Assembly (NCBI GenBank): GCA_015064735.1
Contig: SVRP01000003.1
Coordinates: 78,248 to 142,247 of the forward strand
Reading direction: 5' to 3'
Length of the DNA stretch: 64,000 bases
Source: Oscillospiraceae bacterium
Lineage (GTDB): Bacteria; Bacillota; Clostridia; Oscillospirales; CAG-272
A model generated the notes under the pieces. That model was not told the origin of the DNA, did no database searches, and saw only the letters and a list, made by a program, of their open reading frames with translations. Positions 55,325 to 64,000 of this stretch are shown piece by piece; position 1 is the first letter of the stretch, and every line of letters starts with the position of its first letter. The position numbers and the translations under genes were made by a program.

Positions 55325-56473
55325 ATGAAAAAAAGAGGTATTTTTATAAAATTGTTTGCTGTTCTTCTTGCTCTGCTTACGGTTTTTCCTATGCTTGTTT
55401 CCTGCAAGAAGAACGAAAAGGCTGTTGTCGGAACCGTAAACGGATCTGACGTGTACTACGATGAGCTTTATTTCCTTGTAAACAGCTATAAGGCCTCTAT
55501 TCTGGAGGATTGCGGCGGCAATGAAGCCCTTGCGCGTCAGCAGCTCTACGACCTCGTTATGGAGGATATTGTTGCAAACCAAGCAATTCTTGCTCTTTGC
55601 GCCGACTACGGTCTTGAGCTTGACAGTGTAAAATCCGAGGTCAAGGATCAGGTTGCCCTTATCATTACCCAGAATTTTGCCAACAATGAAAAAGCCTTCC
55701 GACAGGATCTTGAGAAAAACAACATTACGGAGCATTATCTGAAATTTGTTACGGGTGTTGATCTTCTCTACTCCAAGCTCCCCGAAAAGTACGAGCAGAG
55801 CGGTAAAATAAAGATTGATGAGGATAGTCTTGTTGCCTTTGCGAAAGAAAATTTCATCCGTGTAAATCATATCGTAAGATTTAACGATACCGCTGATAAA
55901 GACAGAGCAAATCTTAAAAAAATGAACGAGGCGCTTGAGTCTCTACGCTCAGGCGATAAGTCTATGTATGATCTTATTGCGTCAGGTTATTCCCAAGCCT
56001 TCGATGACCCAAGCGGAGACGGATACCTTATTACAAAAGGCGCTATGAGAGACGATTACGAGGCAGTTGCCTTTGCTCTTGAGGTCGGTGAGATCAGCGA
56101 CGTTTTCAAATCCAGAGGTAAAAACAACAACAATGAATACGTTGACTGCTATTATATAATTGAACGTCTTGAGCTTTCGGACAGGTATATTGAGGAAAAT
56201 TTCTATAAGCTTAAAACGGAATACATAAACACATCCATAAACGCGGAGCTTGAAGCGAAGCGCGAATCTCTTGAATTTTCTCCAAAGCAAAGGTTCTTTG
56301 AGCTTGATCTGCTAAATCTTCCCAAGCCCAGAAAGAGTCTTACCGTCTTCGGTCTTATTATGATAATTGTCGGCTCGGTTGCGGTAGTTGCATTCGTTGT
56401 CTTGATGATAATACGAAAAAACACTCTTAAGAAGAAAAACCTTAACGCTGTATCAAAGAAAAATCGAAAATAA
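55325..56473 (+). CDS. PrsA/SurA-like lipoprotein with an additional C-terminal TM helix
   Basis: The lipobox reads PMLVSC. The parvulin-like part reads GYLITKGAMRDDYEAVAFALEVGEISDVFKS. The C-terminal TM helix reads LIMIIVGSVAVVAFVVLMII. Confidence 0.5.
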   Translation: MKKRGIFIKLFAVLLALLTVFPMLVSCKKNEKAVVGTVNGSDVYYDELYFLVNSYKASILEDCGGNEALARQQLYDLVMEDIVANQAILALCADYGLELDSVKSEVKDQVALIITQNFANNEKAFRQDLEKNNITEHYLKFVTGVDLLYSKLPEKYEQSGKIKIDEDSLVAFAKENFIRVNHIVRFNDTADKDRANLKKMNEALESLRSGDKSMYDLIASGYSQAFDDPSGDGYLITKGAMRDDYEAVAFALEVGEISDVFKSRGKNNNNEYVDCYYIIERLELSDRYIEENFYKLKTEYINTSINAELEAKRESLEFSPKQRFFELDLLNLPKPRKSLTVFGLIMIIVGSVAVVAFVVLMIIRKNTLKKKNLNAVSKKNRK

Positions 56474-56494
56474 CTAAAATCTTCGGAGGAAACA

Positions 56495-57454
56495 ATGAAC
56501 GGTCATAACCGTCGAAGAAAATACAGAAGAAGTGTATACAGGAGAAGAAATATCGGAACCGTACTTATTTCAGTTGCGCTTTCGGTGATTGCCTTTATCA
56601 TATTTCTTCTCATCGTAGGAAATATATTACATAAAAAAAGTATATCAAGGCACGCGGGCGACGTTATCGGCGAGGAATCCCCTCCCGTATCGGATATTAT
56701 CCAGACCTCACAAAAACGTCCCTCCTCTCAGTTAAGCGGCAGACTCTGTCTCCTGAGAACAAATGACTCAAGTGTTTTCAGTGAAAGACTTGATGCCTTG
56801 CTCGGTGAAGAATGCAAGCACGTCAGTGTTCCCTTAAACAATCCGTCCGACGGCTCTCTGCTTTACCTATCCGAGGTTGGTACATCCATTGGCATTGCCA
56901 CCTCGTCCGACGGGGATCTCGATGGGGCTGTCAAAAGTGCCAAGGAACGTGGAATGACTGTAAGCGGTATTTATTACCTGCACTCACTGTCAATAGAAAA
57001 TCCTCTCGTCCGTTCCGCAGAGCTTTCCCGCGCCGCGGCGGTTATAGCTGAAATACTCGGCAAGGGTGTTGACGAGGTTTCCGTGGTCGCAACAGATATG
57101 ACCGCAGATCATATTGGCGAGCTTATAGAATTTGTCAGCGATATTCATTCTCTTACCGAGCGCGGGGCGATTGGTATTACTGTCTCCGAGGATATTCTCA
57201 CAAGCGAAAACGCATCGGCACTTATGAGTAATCTGAACAGCAGCATCGACTTTCTCTGCTTCGATCTTTCTCAATACGGAGAAAGCGCCCCAGCTGAATA
57301 TATTGACAGCAAGATAAATTCGGATTATCTTATTTTCCTTCATATGTACAAGATGAGACTGCTTCTTCCCTATTCGGACAGCGCTGACGCTCAAAACGAG
57401 ATAATCGGTGCGGTTTCCGATAACGGAATCGGAAACTGGCAAATCATAAGGTAA
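56495..57454 (+). CDS. Hypothetical membrane-anchored protein
   Basis: An Arg-rich N-terminus is followed by one TM helix (VLISVALSVIAFIIFLLIV) and an extracytoplasmic domain. I recognise no motif. Confidence 0.55.
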   Translation: MNGHNRRRKYRRSVYRRRNIGTVLISVALSVIAFIIFLLIVGNILHKKSISRHAGDVIGEESPPVSDIIQTSQKRPSSQLSGRLCLLRTNDSSVFSERLDALLGEECKHVSVPLNNPSDGSLLYLSEVGTSIGIATSSDGDLDGAVKSAKERGMTVSGIYYLHSLSIENPLVRSAELSRAAAVIAEILGKGVDEVSVVATDMTADHIGELIEFVSDIHSLTERGAIGITVSEDILTSENASALMSNLNSSIDFLCFDLSQYGESAPAEYIDSKINSDYLIFLHMYKMRLLLPYSDSADAQNEIIGAVSDNGIGNWQIIR

Positions 57455-57523
57455 AGCAAGCGCCGCCGTCCCACAGGGACAGCGGCGCATCTTTTTATCC
57501 GAAGATCGTTTTGTTTTTTCTCC

Positions 57524-58837
57524 TCATCTTCCTCTGAGAGTTCTCTCGCGATAACGGTCGGTACGCCCCGCAAGCGCGCAAAGAGCATCCTTGGCATCGG
57601 GATCGCCCAAAGAAAACTCTCTCATCAGACGTCCCTCCTCCACGCAAAGCTCGTCATGACCGGGGAAATATTCATCCATAAGGAAGCGCACGTATTTCAC
57701 AAGGCGGTAAGGGCCGTGAACGTGAGGTTGCTCCCCGTATTGCTCCTCGATGGCCACACTGTAGCCGTCCTTGATGGCATCGCGGATCGAATCAAACTCC
57801 ATGTCCTTGGCAAACAGAACGGTCTTGGACATGTAGAAATACATAGCGGGATCGGTTCCGTGAGAATCGCTGGAGCCAACGATCGGTACCTTGACCCCCT
57901 CCGCGCGCATATCCTGCCAGAAGGCGATCTGCAGATTGTTCTCGTGTACCGTCTGTCCTCCCGTCAGCTCAAAGGCATCCTGAAGACCCATACGGAAGGA
58001 ATATTCCAGCATCTTGGTATTCATGTTATGCACACCGGGCTTGTGGATCCAATGGGGGTGAGGCAAAATGGTCATTCCTCCCGCCTTCTTGATCTGGTCG
58101 TAGATCCACTTGCGGTAGCAATATTCCAACGGATTGACGTTTTCGGGAGTCTCGGTCTTCTCTGCCTCGGCAAGAAGCTCGGCATGAATGCGCTCCTCAT
58201 CCCGATGGTAGAGATCGTTGACACTGTATCGGCTTCCGAAATTCACAATATGGATCCATCCGCGGAGATGGACCTCCTCCCCTCGGAACATTTTGAGTCC
58301 GCAGGGCACTCCCTCGTATGCCTTGACCATGCGGTCAGAGGGATCGTACGCGTGGTGATCGGTCAGAGCGAAGAAATCATAGCCCTCCTTACGGTAATTG
58401 GCGGCAACGATCAAGGGATCCTCATTGCCGTCCGAGCCCGTGGAGTGCGCGTGAAAATCTCCTCGGTAGGGATTTCTTTCGTAAAGGTCGGGCAGAAGAG
58501 AGTAGACACGGAATTCCAAAGGCGGCTTCTTTTTTTCCTCACGCTCCTCGTTCGTTACCGAGATCACCCATTCCTGCTCCTGGCGGAAGGTATAGGTCAC
58601 CGAAAGGCATCCGTCCTTGGGATAGATGCTCAGACGGTCAAACGCAATCGGCTTCTCCAAGATCGCGGTCTGAGGATACGCCTCCATGGGCACGATACGG
58701 ACCAGATACTCGGTAGCGTCATCAAAGCGCAGTCCCTCTCCCATGGGACAGATCGTTACGGTGGACGTCTCACCCGCGGGAACGGTGCGAGGGGTGACAC
58801 GATATTTGGACAAAGAAATTTTCTTGTTACGGTTCAT
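57524..58837 (-). CDS. PHP-domain metal-dependent phosphoesterase with an N-terminal beta-rich domain
   Basis: I chose the start MNRNKKISLSKY (AAAGGAGACAACCC upstream). The PHP motifs GDFHAHSTGSDG, LTDHH and SSDSHG are present. Confidence 0.7.
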   Translation of the reverse strand: MNRNKKISLSKYRVTPRTVPAGETSTVTICPMGEGLRFDDATEYLVRIVPMEAYPQTAILEKPIAFDRLSIYPKDGCLSVTYTFRQEQEWVISVTNEEREEKKKPPLEFRVYSLLPDLYERNPYRGDFHAHSTGSDGNEDPLIVAANYRKEGYDFFALTDHHAYDPSDRMVKAYEGVPCGLKMFRGEEVHLRGWIHIVNFGSRYSVNDLYHRDEERIHAELLAEAEKTETPENVNPLEYCYRKWIYDQIKKAGGMTILPHPHWIHKPGVHNMNTKMLEYSFRMGLQDAFELTGGQTVHENNLQIAFWQDMRAEGVKVPIVGSSDSHGTDPAMYFYMSKTVLFAKDMEFDSIRDAIKDGYSVAIEEQYGEQPHVHGPYRLVKYVRFLMDEYFPGHDELCVEEGRLMREFSLGDPDAKDALCALAGRTDRYRERTLRGR

Positions 58838-59136
58838 GGGTTGTCTCCTTTCAAGAACGCTTACGGCTTTATTATAGCATACTTTTTTTGATGACGCAAG
58901 ATGATTCTCATTTTTTATAATCGGAAATTTCAAAAAATTCTCTTCATTGACTTTTCTTTTTTCTGTGCTATAATGAAGCCATCGCAAGAAAGAGAACCCG
59001 ACATATCCGCATTTCCAATCCATCTCTTTCTTGGATACCTAACAAGATCAAAAACAACGCGGTCATGCTGATCGAATTTTAAAGAAATATAAAATACAAA
59101 AAGACCTCGCTTAACGCGAGGTCTTTTACGTTATTA

Positions 59137-60474
59137 TCAGTTGTACTCAGGCAACCAACCCTTGTGAGCCTCGATGAGGTCGTCGCACATTGCAACGATG
59201 TCGTCGATAGAAAGCTCGGAGGAGGTATGGGGATCAAGCATTGCCGCCTGATAGATGTACTCCTTCTTTCTTGTTGCGGCAGCCTCAATTGTAAGAAGCT
59301 GGGGATTGATGTTTGTCATGTTCATAGCCGCAAGCTGTACGGGAAGCTTGCCTATTACGGTAGGCTGAATTCCGAGCTTGTTTACAAGGCAAGGAACCTC
59401 TACGCAGGCATCTGCGGGCAGGTTGGTTATAAGTCCCGTATTGAGAACGTTTCCGCCTATCTTATAAGGAACGTCGGTAACAATAGCTTCCATAATTCTC
59501 GACGCGTACTCTCTGGAGCGCTCGTGGGTAATATTGCCGTTAAGATACTCTTCCTTTGCGCTGTTCCACTTTTCAATCTGCTTTACGCAACGGCGGGGAT
59601 ACTCGTCGAGGGGAATTCTGTATCTGTCGATAAGCTCGGGATACTTAGATTTAATGAAGAGGTTATTATACTCTGCGTTGTGCTCGCTGGACTCGGTGCA
59701 GTAATAGCCGAAGCGGCGGATATACTCAAATCTTGTAAGATCCTTGAAATCCTCGGGAGGATTCTCAAGTATCTCGCAGGCTCTGCGGCGAATCTCGGGA
59801 TAGAGGTCGTTTCCGTCAGCGTCGTAGATCTCAAGCAACCAAGCCATGTGGTTGATACCCGCGATCTTTTCCTTGATAGGACGCTTTACGTCGAAATCCT
59901 CTCCTCTGAGTCCCACTGCCTTGAGCAGACCGTTGGAGCATACCTGTACGCTGTGGCAAAGACCGACGGTATTGATGTCGGTATATCTCTGCATATAGCC
60001 CGTAAGCATTGCCATGGGGTTCGTATAGTTAAGGAAGAGCGCATTGGGGCAAACCTGAGCCATATCGTCGGCAAAGTCCTGAAGAACGGGTATCGTACGC
60101 AGCGCGCGGAAGATACCGCCTATTCCAAGGGTATCGGCGATAGTCTGGCGTAGGCCGTACTTCTTGGGTATCTCAAAGTCGATTATGGTGCAAGGGTCGT
60201 ATCCGCCTACCTGAATTGCGTTAACAACGAAATCTGCGCCGCGGAGTGCGTCCTTGCGGTTCTCTACTCCGAGGTACTTACTTACCTTTGCTCTACCGTT
60301 GTTTACGTTTTTGTTGAGAAGACTTACCATTATGTAGGACTCCTCAAGTCTCTGAGCATCAATGTCGTAAAGTGCATACTCAAAATCGCAAAGAGCATCG
60401 GACATCATAGAATCGCCTATAACGTTCTTTGCGAACACGGTGCTTCCGGCACCCATGAATGTGATCTTTCCCAT
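59137..60474 (-). CDS. Glycoside hydrolase family 4 (alpha-glucosidase/alpha-galactosidase type)
   Basis: The NAD-binding N-terminus reads KITFMGAGSTVF. The NYTNPM and GLCHS motifs are typical of GH4. Confidence 0.85.
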   Translation of the reverse strand: MGKITFMGAGSTVFAKNVIGDSMMSDALCDFEYALYDIDAQRLEESYIMVSLLNKNVNNGRAKVSKYLGVENRKDALRGADFVVNAIQVGGYDPCTIIDFEIPKKYGLRQTIADTLGIGGIFRALRTIPVLQDFADDMAQVCPNALFLNYTNPMAMLTGYMQRYTDINTVGLCHSVQVCSNGLLKAVGLRGEDFDVKRPIKEKIAGINHMAWLLEIYDADGNDLYPEIRRRACEILENPPEDFKDLTRFEYIRRFGYYCTESSEHNAEYNNLFIKSKYPELIDRYRIPLDEYPRRCVKQIEKWNSAKEEYLNGNITHERSREYASRIMEAIVTDVPYKIGGNVLNTGLITNLPADACVEVPCLVNKLGIQPTVIGKLPVQLAAMNMTNINPQLLTIEAAATRKKEYIYQAAMLDPHTSSELSIDDIVAMCDDLIEAHKGWLPEYN

Positions 60475-60512
60475 TTTGTTTTCTCCTTTTATTTTATGAT
60501 GGTTTTTATTGT

Positions 60513-61346
60513 TTACCGCTTCCGCGGTCGGGTTTCTTTTTTTAATGATTTTCTGTATTCCGCAGGTGTCATTCCCGTGGATTTTTTGAAAAAAGGAAAG
60601 AAATAGTTTTCGTTTTCAAATCCGCAACGAACCGCAATGTCGCCAACGGACATTTCCTTTTTGAACTCCAACAGGTACTTTGCCTGATTGAGTCTGCACA
60701 TCTCCACGTAGCCGTGGACGGTTATTCCCGTAAATTTCTTGAAATCGCGGTCAAGCTTGGAGCGACTGACTGCAAATCTCTTTGATATATCCTCGGAATT
60801 CAACTCACCCGCAAAATTCTCGGATATATATTGCAGTACGTCCTGTATATAAAAGGACGGCGTCCCTACCTTTTCTATTCTTTCATCGGGACACGTGCCC
60901 ACGAGCTTATTCATGAACAGCGCAAATATGAGCTCTTTTTCCGCAAGTGTCTGTTTGCCGTTAAGCATTCTCACGATTTCTACCAAAGTGTTGGCTTCGT
61001 CATTGGAAAGCCTAAATAAAAGCCCTGTGTTTCTGCCGAAAAAGCTCTTAGGCAAATGATAATCGTCAAAGGAATCTATCGTTCTCGCGCCGAAATAAAA
61101 GACGTATCTTTCATATTTTTCGGCGTTCTCATGACACGACATAGAATGTACCGTATACGGCGTGGAAAGAATCGCGCAAGGATATTTGTACGTATATTCT
61201 ACCCCGTTTATTACAGACGTCTGAGATATATCCTCGGGACAAAAATACAACTCGTACTGACTGTGCACGTGGGTATTGTGCATAATAGAAGGCTTATTAA
61301 AATGATCTATTCTTAAGTTAACACCTTCAACAGATAAAAATCCCAT
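60513..61346 (-). CDS. AraC-family transcriptional regulator
   Basis: A cupin-like N-terminus is followed by a C-terminal double HTH (IAVRCGFENENYFFPFFKKSTGMTPAEYR). I prefer the start MGFLSVEG, which has GGAGTGAGAGA upstream. Confidence 0.85.
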   Translation of the reverse strand: MGFLSVEGVNLRIDHFNKPSIMHNTHVHSQYELYFCPEDISQTSVINGVEYTYKYPCAILSTPYTVHSMSCHENAEKYERYVFYFGARTIDSFDDYHLPKSFFGRNTGLLFRLSNDEANTLVEIVRMLNGKQTLAEKELIFALFMNKLVGTCPDERIEKVGTPSFYIQDVLQYISENFAGELNSEDISKRFAVSRSKLDRDFKKFTGITVHGYVEMCRLNQAKYLLEFKKEMSVGDIAVRCGFENENYFFPFFKKSTGMTPAEYRKSLKKETRPRKR

Positions 61347-61663
61347 TCTCTCACTCCTTACCATTATTATATCATCTAATCGTTCAAGGTCAATAAGACT
61401 TTCAAGCAATAATGAGAAAAAAACTACGATTTTTCGTCATTTTCTTGTTTATTCGTAATATTTTTATCCAAAAACATTTGCTTTTGAATATTATTTACTT
61501 CATTATATCCCACTGTCTCTTTTTTGTCAACATGCATGTTTGCGACTTTTTTCAACAAACGCTTATGCTTGTATATAATTAACAAATTCTTTACAATTTT
61601 TTTGTTGAAAAATTTCGGATTTTATGTAATAATATAAGTGCAAAAATAAATAAAATATTGTTT

Positions 61664-61790
61664 GCATGACTGACGGATAACGCGGAGCACCGCGGGGGAA
61701 TGCAATCAAATCTTCAGACAAATCCCGTTTTCGAGGTTTGTTAATCGACCGTCTGGGTAAATCGGGATATGCACCGATTTACCCTTTTTT
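61664..61790 (+). promoter_or_regulatory. ZTP (pfl-motif) riboswitch plus intrinsic terminator
   Basis: GCATGACTGACGGATAACGCGGAGCACCGCGGGGGAATGC is followed by a linker and then CGACCGTCTGGGTA. This parallels the consensus GACUGGCG...CCACCGGGG...CCGCCUGGGC. The terminator GGGTAAATCGG-gatatgca-CCGATTTACCC-TTTTTT overlaps the 3' subdomain. Confidence 0.8.
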
Positions 61791-61830
61791 GATGTTTACA
61801 AATACATACACATATACAGGAGGTACAATT

Positions 61831-64000
61831 ATGAAACATGTGAATTGGGAAGGCTTTAAGGAAGGCGCTTGGCAGGACGAAATAAACGTCCGTGATTTTA
61901 TTCAGCATAACTACACTCCCTATGAGGGTAACGCTGAATTTCTTGCTTCAGCTACTCCCCGTACCGAAGCTCTTATGAAAAAGATTCAGGGACTCTTTGC
62001 GCTCGAACGTCAGTTTGGCGGCGTTCTTGACATAGATACGGCTACCGTTTCTTCTCTTACAAGCTTCTCGCCCGGATATATTGACAAAGCGAATGAAATA
62101 ATCGTCGGTATGCAGACAAACCGTCCTCTCAAGAGAAGCGTTAACCCCTTCGGAGGAATGAGAATGGTTCGTCAGGCATGCGAGGCTTACGGCTACAAGC
62201 TCAGCCCCAAGGTTGAGGAGGAGTTCCGCTTCAGAACCACTCACAACGACGGAGTTTTCCGCGCCTACACCGATGAGATGCGCGCCGCAAGAAAGTGCCA
62301 CATCATAACGGGACTTCCTGACGCGTACGGCAGAGGCCGTATTATCGGAGACTACCGCCGTGTGGCTCTTTACGGTATTGACCGATTGATTGAAGAAAAG
62401 AAAAAAGACAAGAGCAAGCTCTCTGAAAACGCTTTTAACACCGAGGAGATTCGTCTTGACGAGGAGCTTTTCCAGCAGATAGCTTTTCTTGGCTATATGA
62501 AGGAAATGGCGGCTATGTACGGCTTTGACATAAGCGGACCTGCCGCAAACGCGCGCGAGGCTATCCAGTGGACCTACTTTGCTTACCTTGCGGCTATCAA
62601 GGAGCAGAACGGAGCGGCTATGTCGCTCGGTCGTGTCAGCAGCTTCTTTGACATTTACATAGAAAGAGATATTGCAAGAGGTATCCTTACCGAGGAAGGC
62701 GCCCAGGAGCTTATGGACGATTTCGTTATGAAGCTCCGTATTGCCCGTCATCTTCGTACACCCGAATACAATGAGCTTTTCGGCGGCGACCCCATGTGGA
62801 TAACCGAGGCTGTCGGCGGTATGGGCGAGGACGGAAGAACTCTCGTTACAAAGAACAGCTTCCGTGTGCTCAATACTCTTTACACTCTCGGCTCTTCTCC
62901 CGAGCCTAACCTTACGGTTCTTTGGTCCACTTCTCTTCCCGAAAATTTCAAGAAGTTCTGCGCAAAGGTATCGGCTGACACCGACTCTATTCAGTATGAA
63001 AACGACGACGTAATGCGTCCTATATACGGCGACGACTATGCTATTGCTTGCTGTGTTTCTGCTATGAAGGTCGGCAAGCAGATGCAATTCTTCGGAGCAA
63101 GATGCAATCTTGCCAAGCTCCTGCTTCTCGCTATCAACGGCGGTTATGACACCTCAAGTGCTATGCGCATTGGTCCTCAAATGCCCGTGATGAGCGGAGA
63201 CAAGCTCGATTACGACGAGCTTATGTCCCGTATGGAGACCTATATGGAATGGCTCTGCCACCTCTACGTTAACACAATGAACATCATCCACTACATGCAC
63301 GACAAGTACGCGTACGAAAAGAGTCAGATGGCGCTTCACGACACCTATGTTGACCGCTTTATGGCATTTGGAATTGCGGGTCTTTCGGTTGTTGCTGACT
63401 CCCTGAGCGCAATCAAGTATGCAAACGTGGCTCCCATCAAGGATGAAAACGGATATATCGTTGACTTCAACACAACGGGTGATTTCCCCAAATACGGAAA
63501 CGACGACGACAGAGTTGACCTTATCGCAAAGGATATGACCCACCGCATGATAGTCGAGCTTCGCAAGACTCCCACCTACCGTAAGGCTATCCACACACTC
63601 TCCGTTCTCACCATTACCTCTAACGTAATGTACGGAAAGAACACGGGCGCAACTCCCGACGGCAGAAAGGCTTCCGCTCCCTTCGCTCCCGGTGCTAATC
63701 CCATGCACAACAGAGAGGAAAACGGCGCTCTCGCGTCCCTCAACTCTGTTGCTAAGATCAGCTATGACGACTGCCGCGACGGTATTTCCAACACCTTCTC
63801 TATTACTCCCGAAGCTCTTGGAAGAACCGAAAGCGAGCGCATTGACAATCTCGTCCATATTCTTGACGGATACTTTGCAAAGAAGGCTCACCACATCAAC
63901 GTAAACGTTCTCAACCGAGAGACTCTCATGAAGGCTTACGAGAATCCCGAGGATTATCCCAACCTTACGATACGTGTTTCGGGCTATGCCGTTAACTTCA
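61831..64000 (+). CDS. pflB: Formate C-acetyltransferase (pyruvate formate-lyase), C-terminus beyond the window
   Basis: My own translation from ATG 61831 (AGGAGG upstream) begins [39 protein letters not shown]. The frame stays open to 64000 and ends ...[11 protein letters not shown], the glycyl-radical motif region. It is absent from the ORF track because there is no stop in the window. Confidence 0.9.
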   Translation, partial: MKHVNWEGFKEGAWQDEINVRDFIQHNYTPYEGNAEFLASATPRTEALMKKIQGLFALERQFGGVLDIDTATVSSLTSFSPGYIDKANEIIVGMQTNRPLKRSVNPFGGMRMVRQACEAYGYKLSPKVEEEFRFRTTHNDGVFRAYTDEMRAARKCHIITGLPDAYGRGRIIGDYRRVALYGIDRLIEEKKKDKSKLSENAFNTEEIRLDEELFQQIAFLGYMKEMAAMYGFDISGPAANAREAIQWTYFAYLAAIKEQNGAAMSLGRVSSFFDIYIERDIARGILTEEGAQELMDDFVMKLRIARHLRTPEYNELFGGDPMWITEAVGGMGEDGRTLVTKNSFRVLNTLYTLGSSPEPNLTVLWSTSLPENFKKFCAKVSADTDSIQYENDDVMRPIYGDDYAIACCVSAMKVGKQMQFFGARCNLAKLLLLAINGGYDTSSAMRIGPQMPVMSGDKLDYDELMSRMETYMEWLCHLYVNTMNIIHYMHDKYAYEKSQMALHDTYVDRFMAFGIAGLSVVADSLSAIKYANVAPIKDENGYIVDFNTTGDFPKYGNDDDRVDLIAKDMTHRMIVELRKTPTYRKAIHTLSVLTITSNVMYGKNTGATPDGRKASAPFAPGANPMHNREENGALASLNSVAKISYDDCRDGISNTFSITPEALGRTESERIDNLVHILDGYFAKKAHHINVNVLNRETLMKAYENPEDYPNLTIRVSGYAVNF

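Noticed and set aside
55268-55870. A 200-aa minus-strand ORF.
   Set aside because: It overlaps the plus-strand lipoprotein gene, which has an RBS, a signal peptide and a lipobox. The minus-frame product has no features.
57524-58837. An impression that the PHP gene is unusually GC-rich and therefore horizontally acquired.
   Set aside because: Spot counts do not support it. Two 60-nt lines in the PHP gene gave 32 and 31 G+C out of 60. A line in the adjacent GH4 gene gave 31 of 60, and a line in ppdK gave 30 of 60.
57656-60153. Plus-strand ORFs of 411 aa and 329 aa.
   Set aside because: They are antisense shadows of the PHP-domain and GH4 genes. They have no RBS and yield low-complexity products.
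61948-63894. Two long minus-strand ORFs (379 and 246 aa) opposite the right-hand end of the window.
   Set aside because: They are shadows of pflB on the plus strand, which the track omits because it has no stop in the window. The plus frame reads as pyruvate formate-lyase through to the glycyl-radical region.

Overview
This window looks like a core-chromosome segment of a moderate-GC Firmicute of the class Clostridia, with Oscillospiraceae/Ruminococcaceae-like gene content. It is densely packed with housekeeping genes on both strands. I see no rRNA, tRNA, CRISPR array, transposase, integrase or recognisable defence system. Main blocks, left to right:
- rnpB (RNase P RNA), then a TPP riboswitch with thiT.
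- prsA-like gene, mfd and pth, followed by ppdK.
- A nearly complete pyrimidine operon: pyrR-pyrC-carB-pyrK-pyrD-(alpha/beta hydrolase)-pyrF-pyrE-pyrB-pyrI. It has a PyrR-type attenuator leader but no carA.
- An OmpR/HK two-component pair.
- A fatty-acid-kinase/PlsX module: fakA-plsX-degV-GNAT-ACP.
- rpsF-ssb-rpsR, an SDR gene, and tyrS.
- A 1125-aa BspA-like leucine-rich-repeat lipoprotein.
- An orphan sugar-ABC ATPase, tex, a pseudouridine synthase, greA, an S41 protease, a PucR-type regulator and rsmE.
- A GT-C-like membrane protein, then holB-ricT.
- A THF riboswitch with folT-folC, and hprK.
- A PHP-domain protein, a GH4 glycosidase and an AraC regulator.
- A ZTP (pfl-motif) riboswitch in front of pflB, which runs off the right edge.

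The items most worth follow-up:
1. A two-lobed GNAT acyltransferase and a non-canonical carrier protein are translationally coupled into the fakA-plsX-degV operon.
2. A 25%-GC single-gene islet is bracketed by two copies of one terminator hairpin.
3. A ~207-bp structured insert is bounded by a direct repeat of half of another terminator hairpin.
4. A ~300-bp inverted-repeat element lies next to an orphan 3' fragment of an LRR paralogue.
5. The LRR gene contains perfect in-frame internal duplications.

Many long ORFs in the supplied track are antisense shadows of strongly codon-biased genes and are rejected. All coordinates of RNA elements and start codons are hand-derived, and RNA ends are approximate.
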